From IMG/VR virus record IMGVR_UViG_3300021255_000309: 37,750 nt of DNA, one strand, 5' to 3'. The position numbers and the translations under genes were made by a program. Positions 17,731 to 25,541 of the stretch are shown here, in pieces. Source of the DNA: a virus. The notes below the pieces were generated by a model. The model saw only the letters and a program-made list of their open reading frames with translations. It searched no databases and had not been told where the DNA came from. How positions within the stretch are numbered: position 1 is the first letter of the stretch; each line of letters opens with the position of its first letter.

Positions 17731-18336
17731 ATGTCAGACATACCAAAGAGTGAGCGCTCTGAGTCTTCGCTGGAGACTCAGCACCTCGTCTATGCACTCA
17801 GGAGGAAGATCACGACGGAGCTGCTCACAAGTTTCGGGTACAGCGAGAAGAAGCTCGAGGAACACGTCAAGAGAGTCACGGCCTATATCAAGGACAAGGA
17901 AGAGCGAAAAGCTCGCCAGGAGATGCTCCTGGTGCTGATGCAGGACTTTTCCATGTGGCTGATCGAGGACGAGCGCGACGACATCGCTGACCTATGCAGA
18001 GAGATCAGCAGACACCTCCGGCAAGCCAACACCATCTGGCCGAACTACTACGCCGAGTATATCGAGCGACGGCTGGAGCTTGACCGCGCGAGGGAGTGCT
18101 GCAACGCTCTCCAGGATGAGCTGCAATATATCGCCGAGCAGCTTCCCGCAGATAAAAACAGATACATGGGGATCGTCCTCGACATCGAGGAGATCTACAA
18201 CAAGATCGGAGCACTGAGGCAGTCGGACAACCGCTTCCTCGACTCGCTCCCGGATGTTCCCGACGAAGTGCGCCAGCGACGCGAGAAGGAACAGGCCAAG
18301 AGTGCAAGAAGGAGAAAAAGAACAAGGAAAAGATAA
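17731..18336 (+). CDS. Putative DGR accessory protein (in the Avd position, atypical)
   Basis: 201 aa, predicted helical, with a very basic tail RQRREKEQAKSARRRKRTRKR. Occupies the slot between the target gene and the TR. No Avd motif recognised. Confidence 0.45.
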   Translation: MSDIPKSERSESSLETQHLVYALRRKITTELLTSFGYSEKKLEEHVKRVTAYIKDKEERKARQEMLLVLMQDFSMWLIEDERDDIADLCREISRHLRQANTIWPNYYAEYIERRLELDRARECCNALQDELQYIAEQLPADKNRYMGIVLDIEEIYNKIGALRQSDNRFLDSLPDVPDEVRQRREKEQAKSARRRKRTRKR

Positions 18337-18364
18337 AACCAGCGGGTGACTCCTACGCCAGCGT

Positions 18365-18456
18365 TCGTCTCCGCGACGAACTTCGCGAATGTCAACAACA
18401 ACGGCAATGCGAACAACAACAGCGCGTCGAACTCTATCGGCGTTCGCCCCGATTTC
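18365..18456 (+). repeat. DGR template repeat (TR)
   Basis: Non-coding, 28 nt after the accessory ORF stop. Contains 24 adenines. In the VR frame it reads VSATNFANVNNNGNANNNSASNSIGVRPDF (8 AAC plus 2 AAT codons). Confidence 0.9.
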
Positions 18457-18598
18457 ACAACCGTGCACCGGACATGATCCACGCACGGCAATGGGAAAGG
18501 AGGGGTCATCCCTTCCAGGTGAAGTCCTGGATAAATAAATCAACCGCAACGGGTCCAGCCACGGCTGATGGCCCTATCGTGCGGTTCTATTTTGAATT
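18457..18598 (+). ncRNA. TR-RT spacer, probable structured part of the DGR RNA
   Basis: No ORF. Inverted repeats ccgtgc/gcacgg and aaccgca/tgcggtt flank the spacer. Position corresponds to the spacer of characterised DGRs. Confidence 0.4.
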
Positions 18599-19867
18599 AT
18601 GAACAGATTAACAGATGCAAACAGGCTCTACGAGGGCGGCACCCGTGCCATGGCCGGCAGCAAGTTCAAGTACGGGACGCAACTCTTTGAAATGAACCAC
18701 CTGCTTGAGACTGCAAAGCTCCAGCGGGATCTCCTGGCCGGGACATACGAGCCAGGACCGGGGCAGAAGTTCCCCATAAGTGAGCGAGGGCATCGGCGCT
18801 ACATCACCAGCGCAAAGATGCGAGACAAGGCTCTCAACCATACGCTCTGCGACGAGGTCGTCATGCCGGCGATCGAGAAGTACGTGATCTACGACAACAG
18901 CTCCTCACAAAAAGGTCGAGGCGTCAGCTTCCACAGGAGGCGCACCGAGATCCATCTCCGGAAATACTTTCAGGAGTACGGGACGAACGAGGGCTGGGCT
19001 CTTCTCATTGACTTCTCCGGATATTATCCGAACATGCTGCACGAAACAGACAAGGCGATCCTCATGGACGTCATCCGTCGCTCCGGTTATTTCACAGAGG
19101 AGGAGCTCACCACTGCAGGGATGCTCATCAGCATGATCTTCAAGTCGATGGAGCTGGACGTCTCCCGCTTCTCAGATGAGGAGATCGAGGCGATGTACCA
19201 CCAGAAGGTTGACCCTGAGATCAATGTGGGAGTGCCTCACAGACTGCTGACCGGTGAGAAGATGCTCAAGAAAGGCGTCGACATCGGCAACCAGCTCTCA
19301 CAGGGCTCTGGTATTATCCACGCCTACGAGATCGACAACTACTGCAAGATCGTCGCCTGCTGCCATTACTACAGCAGATACACCGACGACATCCGGATAT
19401 TTCACCCGGACAAGGACTTCCTCCTGGACGTCCTGGGAAAAGTCAAGACGATCGCGGACAGGCTCGGGCTGATCATCAACGAGAAAAAGACACATGTCAC
19501 AAAGCTCAGCAGACCCTTCCGACATCTCCAGGTCAAGTACCGGCTGACGGATCAAGGCAAGGTCGAGAAGCGGATCAACCCGAAAAGCATCTCCAGAGAG
19601 CGCCGCAAGCTCAAGAAGTACAAGAAAAAGATGGACGAGGGCGTCATGCCGTACGAGGACATCGAGAACAGCTTCAAGTCATGGCTCGGCGGTCACTGGA
19701 AGCTCATGTCAATGAGACAGATCGGCAACATGGCCGACCTCTACTACCAACTATATGGAAGGAGACCAACATGGAAGAAAAAACATTCAAGATTACGCTG
19801 GCTGATGGGACAGAGCTCGAGGGCCTCACGCTCAACGGCAACAATTACATCAGCAGCAAAAAAGTGA
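18599..19867 (+). CDS. DGR-type reverse transcriptase
   Basis: 422 aa. VDIGNQLSQG matches the DGR-RT [LIV]GxxxSQ signature. YTDD catalytic motif at 19379-19390. Lies directly downstream of the TR. The 3' end overlaps the next ORF by 97 nt. Confidence 0.9.
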   Translation: MNRLTDANRLYEGGTRAMAGSKFKYGTQLFEMNHLLETAKLQRDLLAGTYEPGPGQKFPISERGHRRYITSAKMRDKALNHTLCDEVVMPAIEKYVIYDNSSSQKGRGVSFHRRRTEIHLRKYFQEYGTNEGWALLIDFSGYYPNMLHETDKAILMDVIRRSGYFTEEELTTAGMLISMIFKSMELDVSRFSDEEIEAMYHQKVDPEINVGVPHRLLTGEKMLKKGVDIGNQLSQGSGIIHAYEIDNYCKIVACCHYYSRYTDDIRIFHPDKDFLLDVLGKVKTIADRLGLIINEKKTHVTKLSRPFRHLQVKYRLTDQGKVEKRINPKSISRERRKLKKYKKKMDEGVMPYEDIENSFKSWLGGHWKLMSMRQIGNMADLYYQLYGRRPTWKKKHSRLRWLMGQSSRASRSTATITSAAKK

Positions 19868-20094
19868 CCGAGGAAGATTTCAATGCGGACAATCTGGCCA
19901 GCATCACGATCGAAGACTCTGATGGTAACGTCCAGGAGCTCACCGACATGGCGCTCGTACAGATCGAGAAGCGCGGCACGTCCTACTGGTTCGTGCTCCG
20001 TCAGCTTTCAGAGCAGGAGATCAGGGACTTCAAACTACAGGCCAACATCGAGTACATCGCAATGATGGCCGACATCGATCTGGAGGAGGTATAG
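19771..20094 (+). CDS. Hypothetical protein (in the XkdW position)
   Basis: ATG at 19771 after GGAAGGAG. 107 aa, begins MEEKTFKITLADGTELEGLTLNGNNY. Precedes the XkdX-like gene. Confidence 0.5.
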   Translation: MEEKTFKITLADGTELEGLTLNGNNYISSKKVTEEDFNADNLASITIEDSDGNVQELTDMALVQIEKRGTSYWFVLRQLSEQEIRDFKLQANIEYIAMMADIDLEEV

Positions 20095-20098
20095 GAAC

Positions 20099-20275
20099 AT
20101 GGCAAAAACAGAACACAGCAAGAACTTCAAAAAGGTGAAGACATACTACGACAGAGGCGCCTGGAATGAGGCCCGTGTTCGCAATGCTGTCACCAACCCG
20201 GCCAGCAATCCTTGGATCACTCCGGAGGAGTATGAAGAGATTACCGGCCAGCCTTATGAAGCGGCCGAAGAGTAA
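20099..20275 (+). CDS. xkdX: XkdX-family small phage protein
   Basis: 58 aa, too short for the ORF track. MAKTEHSKNFKKVKTYYDRGAWNEARVRNAVTNPASNPWITPEEYEEITGQPYEAAEE. The K.YYD...W and ITPEEYEEITG pattern is typical of XkdX. Confidence 0.6.
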   Translation: MAKTEHSKNFKKVKTYYDRGAWNEARVRNAVTNPASNPWITPEEYEEITGQPYEAAEE

Positions 20276-20290
20276 GGAGGGCCGCTGTGG

Positions 20291-20545
20291 ATGGAGACTA
20301 TTATCTCGGGAATTATCAGCGCGGGCGCTGCGATCATCGTCTGCGTGATTACTCAAACAACTCAGGCCCGGAAGACCGAGGCCCTGCTCTCCTACAAACT
20401 GGACGAGCTGACCAAGCGCGTCGACAAACACAACAATGTGATCGAGCGCACCTACAAGCTGGAAGAGCAGACAGCAGTCCAGGAGGAACAGATAAAGGTG
20501 GCCAACCACCGCATCGAAGACCTCGAGGAGGCAATGAAGCATTGA
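20291..20545 (+). CDS. Small membrane protein with a coiled-coil tail (lysis accessory or holin-like)
   Basis: 84 aa. N-terminal TM segment IISGIISAGAAIIVCVI followed by a heptad-like helix. AAGGAGGG RBS. Confidence 0.5.
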   Translation: METIISGIISAGAAIIVCVITQTTQARKTEALLSYKLDELTKRVDKHNNVIERTYKLEEQTAVQEEQIKVANHRIEDLEEAMKH

Positions 20546-20565
20546 GAAGAAAAAAGAAGAAAAAG

Positions 20566-20811
20566 ATGGAGACCTCGAAGCTGCTGCTCCTGGTCTCCGA
20601 TCTGATGGCCGCGGCGGTGCTTGTTTGCACCGTCGTGTCTGTCTTCGCGCTACAAGATACGAGCCCGCTCGGTTATCTGATCCCGGCCGTCTTCGGACTG
20701 TCAGCGACCAGCCACGGCTTCTACTACTGGAAGGCCAAAGCCGAGAACCTCAACAAGTGGGGACAGGGCGAAAAAATCACAGAGGAGGACACGAGTCAAT
20801 GGAATGGTTAA
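20566..20811 (+). CDS. Holin (two TM segments)
   Basis: The internal ATG at 20566 gives METSKLLLLVSDLMAAAVLVCTVVSVF...LIPAVFGLSATSHGFYYWKAKAEN, with two hydrophobic helices and a charged tail. Confidence 0.6.
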   Translation: METSKLLLLVSDLMAAAVLVCTVVSVFALQDTSPLGYLIPAVFGLSATSHGFYYWKAKAENLNKWGQGEKITEEDTSQWNG

Positions 20812-21170
20812 TCAATAACTGGTATTTGATCGTGGCAGCAGGCGCCCTCGCTGGTGTCGCTGTCTATGCTGTCCGGAAGTTCGTGGGACTTCCTACTGAC
20901 CAGCAGATCGCGAACTTCAAGGAGTGGTTGAAGTGGGCCGTGACCGAGGCAGAGAAGGAGCTCGGATCCGGCACCGGACAGTTGAAGCTCCGCATGGTCT
21001 ACAACATGGCCGTGGATAAGTTCGCCTGGATCGCGAAGCTCGTCACGTTCGAGATGTTCGCCACCTGGGTGGATGAGGCGCTGATCTGGCTCAACAACCA
21101 GCTCGAAAGCAACAAAGCAATTATTGACAGAGTAAAGGGAGGTGCGGAAGATGCAGAAGTTCGGCATTGA
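20799..21170 (+). CDS. Holin, LL-H-like (one N-terminal TM segment)
   Basis: ATG at 20799. MEWLINNWYLIVAAGALAGVAVYAVRKF followed by a helical domain. Lies immediately upstream of the endolysin gene. Confidence 0.55.
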   Translation: MEWLINNWYLIVAAGALAGVAVYAVRKFVGLPTDQQIANFKEWLKWAVTEAEKELGSGTGQLKLRMVYNMAVDKFAWIAKLVTFEMFATWVDEALIWLNNQLESNKAIIDRVKGGAEDAEVRH

Positions 21171-22113
21171 CGTCTCTCACTGGCAGGGTGACTTCGACTT
21201 CGCCAAGGCCAAGGCCGAGGGCGTTGAGTTCGTGATCATCAAAGCCGGCGGAGGAGACTCCGGTCTATACCGGGACAGCAAGTTCGAGAAGTTCTACGCT
21301 GCGGCCAAGGCCCTCGGGCTCCAGGTCGGTGCGTATTACTACGGAGACGCGAAAAACACGACCGAGGCAGAAGCTGAGGCGGATCACTTCGTCAAGCTCC
21401 TGGCCGGGAAGCAGTACGAGCTCCCTGTCTATTATGACGTGGAGGGCAGGATGCTCAAAGCGGGCAAGACGGAGCTCACCAACATCGCCATCGCGTTCAT
21501 GGAGAGAGTGAAGGCCGCCGGCTACATGGTCGGTATGTACAGCTCAGAGAGTGCCTTCAACTCCGAAGTGGAAGATGCAAGGCTCACAGCATACCCTCAC
21601 TGGATCGCAAGATGGGCCAAGAGCGCACCGAAGTCCAAGAGCGGGGCAGTAGTCGGCATGTGGCAGTTCGGAGGAGAGACGAACCTCCTCAGGAGCAACA
21701 AGATCGCAGGAGTGACCTGCGACCAGGACTACCTCTTCGTGGACTACTTCGCAGAGATCAAGGCAGCAGGCCTTAATGGCTACAGCGCCCAGGGTGGTGC
21801 TACACCTGCACCAGTTCCGGCGCCTACTCCCGCGCCTGCACCTTCCCAGGGTCCGACCTATTACGTCAACAGGAACTACACCCTCAGGGTGGAGCTCAAC
21901 GTGAGAACGGGCCCCGGAACAGGTAACAGGAAGAAGAAGCACAACGAGCTCACACCTGACGGCCAGCGTCATGACCGTGACAGAGATGGAGCACTCGAAG
22001 CAGGCACAAGAGTGACCTGCCTGGAGGTGGCAAGAGACGGAGCAGACATCTGGATCCGCTGCCCTTCCGGATGGATCGCTGCCTACTATAAGGGCCAGGT
22101 GTACGTCGCTTGA
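21151..22113 (+). CDS. Endolysin: GH25 muramidase, Pro-rich linker and SH3b-like cell-wall-binding domain
   Basis: FGIDVSHWQGDFDFAKAKAEGVEFVIIKA is the GH25 signature. Linker PAPVPAPTPAPAP. C-terminal SH3-like domain WIRCPSGWIAAYYKGQVYV. Confidence 0.9.
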   Translation: MQKFGIDVSHWQGDFDFAKAKAEGVEFVIIKAGGGDSGLYRDSKFEKFYAAAKALGLQVGAYYYGDAKNTTEAEAEADHFVKLLAGKQYELPVYYDVEGRMLKAGKTELTNIAIAFMERVKAAGYMVGMYSSESAFNSEVEDARLTAYPHWIARWAKSAPKSKSGAVVGMWQFGGETNLLRSNKIAGVTCDQDYLFVDYFAEIKAAGLNGYSAQGGATPAPVPAPTPAPAPSQGPTYYVNRNYTLRVELNVRTGPGTGNRKKKHNELTPDGQRHDRDRDGALEAGTRVTCLEVARDGADIWIRCPSGWIAAYYKGQVYVA

Positions 22114-22218
22114 TCCCTGTTCATCATCCTGCTGGCCTTCGGCGGCCTGAGTGTGGTCTTGTCTGCAGGCCTTTTGGCCGTCATGCTCGCCGGCGAATAC
22201 ATGGAGAAATAAGAAGAA

Positions 22219-22250
22219 GCCCATCAGCGTCTCGCTGGTGGGCTCTTTTT
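22219..22250. terminator. Terminator between the convergent lysis and integrase genes
   Basis: gcccatcagc-gtctc-gctggtgggc stem-loop followed by TCTTTTT. Confidence 0.7.
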
Positions 22251-22257
22251 AATTGCT

Positions 22258-23769
22258 TTATAATGCAGCATAGATTATAATAAACGGCGGAATTATAAGG
22301 GGCTCGTCGGTGTTCGAGTACCACTCCGACAAGTCCACTAAACGAGCCGTACTCGAACACTTCGAGGCGGCCGTTTTTTCTTGCATGTTAAAGTATATGA
22401 TGACGTGGTCGTTCCAGACATCGATCCGGGCGATGAAGGTGTCGACGAGCTTCTGACGGAAGTCAGGATCCGAGACGTCACCCTCCCGGAACGAATTGAG
22501 CCAGGAACGGATCACGCCCTCGGTCAGCTTCGGAGCTTTAAGCTCGAGGCGCTGGATCTCGAGGTCGATCTCTTCCTCCTCAGCTTCCAGCTCGGCCAAC
22601 CGTTTGGCCAGTCCCTTCCCCGCGCCTTCTTCGATCGCGCTCAGGATGTTCTTCTGTTTTTTCTTGTTTGCTTCCAGTCTTTTCCTATAAGCGGCGGCCG
22701 GATCTGCTGCCTCATCGTTGTCCTGGATCTCCAGGATCCGGACTACCAGGTGATCGATGACGTCGTTCGTCAGCATCTTCTCCACGGTGGCATCGATGAC
22801 GACATCCTCCAGGTGCTCCTGAGGTATGGGACGGAGCTCGCACTTTTTCCCTCGCTTTTTGTCTCCGCACTTGTAATAGTGATAAACCTGGCCGGACTTC
22901 CCGGTGCCGGCCTCGGCGTTGAGCATAGCGCCACAATATCCGCAAAAGCATTTACAGCTGAGCAAGTAGTTCATCTTCGCCCTCCCTGCCGCGTTGTTGC
23001 GGCTTGTTTTGAAGTGCTTCGAGGCTTCCAGGAAGGTCGCCTCGTCAATTATAGGCTCCACGTCCAGAGGGACACCTGCAAGCTCCCAGTGGCCCGTGTA
23101 GCGGTCGTTCCTCAGCATCCTGTACACCGTCCCGGAGCTGACAGGCTTCCCTCTGCTGGTCAGGATCCCGCGGTCATTGAAGAGCTGCTTGATCTCGGCA
23201 GTGGTAGCTCCGGCAATATGGAGCCGGAAGGCTTCACGGACTGCCTCGGCTTCTATGGGGTCGACAACGACATGGCGGTCTTCGTCTCTTTTGTAGCCGA
23301 TCGGCATCGTGCTGGAGCAGTACTGTCCCTTTTTGGCCGTCTCCCTGATCCCGCGGAGTACCTTCTGACGAAGGTCGGCGGAGTAGTACTCAGCCAGTCC
23401 TTCCAGGACACTCTCCAGGATGATCCCTTCCGGTCCTTCCGGGACTGACTCCTCAGCATAGAGCAGGCGCACGCCTGCCTTTTTTAGTCTCATCTTATTG
23501 ATCGCAATATCCTGGCGGTTCCTGCCAAAGCGGTCTATTTTCCACACAATAACAGCATCAAAGCGGCCATCCTCAGCGTCGTGGATCATCCGCTGGAACT
23601 CATCACGCCCCTCGACGCTCTTCCCGGAGATGTGCCTGTCTGCATAGACGTCAAGGATCCGGATCCCGTTTCTCTCCGCATAGGCCCGGCAGTCAGACAC
23701 CTGCCCCTCGATGGACTGATCCGTCTGACGTGGTCCTTCTGAATATCTCGCATATATTACACCAGTCAA
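22258..23769 (-). CDS. int: Large serine recombinase (integrase)
   Basis: 503 aa. Resolvase-type N-terminus VIYARYSEGPRQTDQSIEGQ with the catalytic Ser context, a recombinase domain, a Cys-rich zinc ribbon (CKCFCGYCG...YYKCG) and a coiled coil. Confidence 0.9.
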   Translation of the reverse strand: MTGVIYARYSEGPRQTDQSIEGQVSDCRAYAERNGIRILDVYADRHISGKSVEGRDEFQRMIHDAEDGRFDAVIVWKIDRFGRNRQDIAINKMRLKKAGVRLLYAEESVPEGPEGIILESVLEGLAEYYSADLRQKVLRGIRETAKKGQYCSSTMPIGYKRDEDRHVVVDPIEAEAVREAFRLHIAGATTAEIKQLFNDRGILTSRGKPVSSGTVYRMLRNDRYTGHWELAGVPLDVEPIIDEATFLEASKHFKTSRNNAAGRAKMNYLLSCKCFCGYCGAMLNAEAGTGKSGQVYHYYKCGDKKRGKKCELRPIPQEHLEDVVIDATVEKMLTNDVIDHLVVRILEIQDNDEAADPAAAYRKRLEANKKKQKNILSAIEEGAGKGLAKRLAELEAEEEEIDLEIQRLELKAPKLTEGVIRSWLNSFREGDVSDPDFRQKLVDTFIARIDVWNDHVIIYFNMQEKTAASKCSSTARLVDLSEWYSNTDEPLIIPPFIIIYAAL

Positions 23770-24128
23770 ACTTCCACACCTCCCAAGACTGCGCGAACGG
23801 CTGCGCGGATCTCTGCACTGGCCAGCCGGTACGCCTTCATGACGGCACGCTCCTCGTCGTTAAGCATCACATAAGTGGAGCTTATGCTCTCCTCATCGGC
23901 GTGGGTGCCGGTGAGCCTTGCAACCTTCTGAGAAGATCCCACCAAAAAATTGACATCAACGGAGAAAAAGTCCGCAATCTGCTCCAGGAGATCAAAGTCC
24001 GGCCGGCGCTCGCCGCGCTCGTACATGCTGACCGCGCTCTTTGATATACCGAGCCGTTTGGCCAGTTCGTCCTGGGTTAAGTCTGCCTGCAGTCTAAGTT
24101 CGCGAAAATTTTTATTGAAGTCTGCCAT
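23766..24128 (-). CDS. XRE-family HTH repressor (CI-like)
   Basis: LRLQADLTQDELAKRLGISKSAVSMYERGERRPD is a classic XRE HTH. Divergent from the early operon and overlaps the int start by 4 nt. Confidence 0.75.
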   Translation of the reverse strand: MADFNKNFRELRLQADLTQDELAKRLGISKSAVSMYERGERRPDFDLLEQIADFFSVDVNFLVGSSQKVARLTGTHADEESISSTYVMLNDEERAVMKAYRLASAEIRAAVRAVLGGVEV

Positions 24129-24166
24129 GTCATAACCTCCTTTTTGCCCTTGTTTACTGGGCTTTT

Positions 24167-24195
24167 ATTATAGCATGGCTATGAAAAATTATCTA
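24167..24195 (-). promoter_or_regulatory. Candidate promoter for the repressor/integrase operon
   Basis: On the - strand: TAGATA, 17 nt, TATAAT. Confidence 0.4.
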
Positions 24196-24205
24196 CACAA
24201 AAGTG

Positions 24206-24234
24206 TTGACATTATCACACGATACGTGTATATT
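24206..24234 (+). promoter_or_regulatory. Early rightward promoter
   Basis: TTGACA (24206-24211), 17-nt spacer, TATATT (24229-24234). Overlapped by a CACG-N3-CGTG palindrome. Confidence 0.65.
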
Positions 24235-24252
24235 AAAAGAGCACGGAACGTG
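24217..24252. promoter_or_regulatory. Two palindromic operator-like sites (ACACG-ATA-CGTGT and CACG-GAA-CGTG)
   Basis: The sites are at 24217-24229 and 24242-24252, in the divergent repressor/early intergenic region. Confidence 0.5.
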
Positions 24253-24283
24253 TACATCGGAAAACACGAAGGAGGACGAAGAC

Positions 24284-24580
24284 ATGACAAAGCAGGAGTT
24301 CGAGAGTGCGCTGCACGCATACAGGAACATGAAGGAAGCCATCAGTCCCAAGGACTACGCCCTGATCGAGAAGGTGTACGCCTTCCACCCGTCAATCAGT
24401 GAAACAGACGGCAAGGCTCAGGTGGCGATGCTCTACGCTGAGTTCGGGATCCGCATATTCAAGGACATGGAAGCAACAGCAGACCAGGCGGCGATCCTGG
24501 AGAAGACCATCCACATGAAGAGGAGCGAGCTGGCCAAAGTGATGGAAACGATGGAAGCGCTCCGGCGCGGTGAGATATAG
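24284..24580 (+). CDS. Hypothetical early protein
   Basis: ATG at 24284 after GAAGGAGGA. 98 aa. First gene of the rightward operon. Confidence 0.5.
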   Translation: MTKQEFESALHAYRNMKEAISPKDYALIEKVYAFHPSISETDGKAQVAMLYAEFGIRIFKDMEATADQAAILEKTIHMKRSELAKVMETMEALRRGEI

Positions 24581-24592
24581 GAGGGCAGGACA

Positions 24593-24931
24593 ATGGCAAA
24601 AATCAGGGCAATCATCAAAAGAACAGACGAAGCCTTCGGGCACATGACGAACATCAGCCCGAGACTCGAGAACTTACAGAAGCTCGTCGGCGGTTACATT
24701 GAGGCCGTCACGATACGCCCCGGGCTCGTGATCCTCTGCGACGAGGAAGGGAAGCTCAAAGACTACAAGGAGAACATGAGGATCCCTTGCGATTACCTGG
24801 ACGACGTTTTCTACGGCGACATAGTAGTCCTCGGTGCAGAGGGCGAGGAGTTCACAGACATCCCGATCGAGTTCGCGCAGTGGAAGGAGCTCGTCAAGAA
24901 ATACCAGGAGGGCGACAGATGCAGAGATTAG
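24593..24931 (+). CDS. DUF3846-like protein
   Basis: 112 aa. LENLQKLVGGYIEAVTIRPGLVILCDEEGKLK resembles the DUF3846 core. Confidence 0.5.
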   Translation: MAKIRAIIKRTDEAFGHMTNISPRLENLQKLVGGYIEAVTIRPGLVILCDEEGKLKDYKENMRIPCDYLDDVFYGDIVVLGAEGEEFTDIPIEFAQWKELVKKYQEGDRCRD

Positions 24932-25302
24932 CAGACGGCTTAGACGACTGCATCAAAGCGATCGATGCGGTGGTCAAGTACTTCGGAATAGAGTGGGAAT
25001 ACATGAACGCAAAAGAGAAGAGGCGCTGGATGGAGGACTTCGCTCGGAAGCACTCCCATCCGGCATGCAGCACGGAGGAGGACAACGATATGGAAAACAA
25101 GCAGCATATATGTGACCTATTAACTGAGACACTCAAAGCAACGAGAGATCAGGCTGATCTGGCTCGGATCCGATACGAGGAGATCGGCCCGGATCATCAG
25201 CAGGTTGTCCTGGACTATGACGGAGGCGGCCACCGCTCTGTCAACGTGAGCCTGGACTCAGGCATCGCAATGGTCAGGGACATCCTGAGGGCCTTGCAAT
25301 AA
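24919..25302 (+). CDS. Hypothetical protein
   Basis: ATG at 24919 after GGAGGG. 127 aa. No motif recognised. Confidence 0.4.
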   Translation: MQRLADGLDDCIKAIDAVVKYFGIEWEYMNAKEKRRWMEDFARKHSHPACSTEEDNDMENKQHICDLLTETLKATRDQADLARIRYEEIGPDHQQVVLDYDGGGHRSVNVSLDSGIAMVRDILRALQ

Positions 25303-25317
25303 AAAAGGAGGCAAGCA

Positions 25318-25521
25318 GTGACTAATATCGAATTATTGAATGAATACATAGAGAAGAGCGGCTACAAATTGCAGTATATAGCCGACCAGCTCTTCATCAC
25401 CCGCTGGGCGCTCTATCAGAAGTTAAACAACAAGAGCAGCTTCAAGCAGGGAGAGATCAAGAAGCTCTGCGAGCTTCTGAACATCTCGCCCCAGGAGTGC
25501 ATCAAAATTTTTTTATCCTAA
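25318..25521 (+). CDS. Small HTH protein (Cro/excisionase-like regulator)
   Basis: GTG start after AAGGAGG. 67 aa. YKLQYIADQLFITRWALYQKLNN is HTH-like. Confidence 0.5.
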   Translation: MTNIELLNEYIEKSGYKLQYIADQLFITRWALYQKLNNKSSFKQGEIKKLCELLNISPQECIKIFLS

Positions 25522-25526
25522 AAGTA

Positions 25527-25537
25527 CACGAAACGTG
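25527..25537. promoter_or_regulatory. Third CACG-N3-CGTG operator-like palindrome
   Basis: The sequence is gtaCACGaaaCGTGcac. Confidence 0.4.
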
Positions 25538-25541
25538 CACA

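Noticed and set aside
17992-18549. Minus-strand ORFs covering the TR (17992..18549 and 18195..18509).
   Set aside because: They are antisense to the accessory gene and the TR, have no RBS, and are Arg/Pro-rich shadow sequences. The TR is better explained as a non-coding template.
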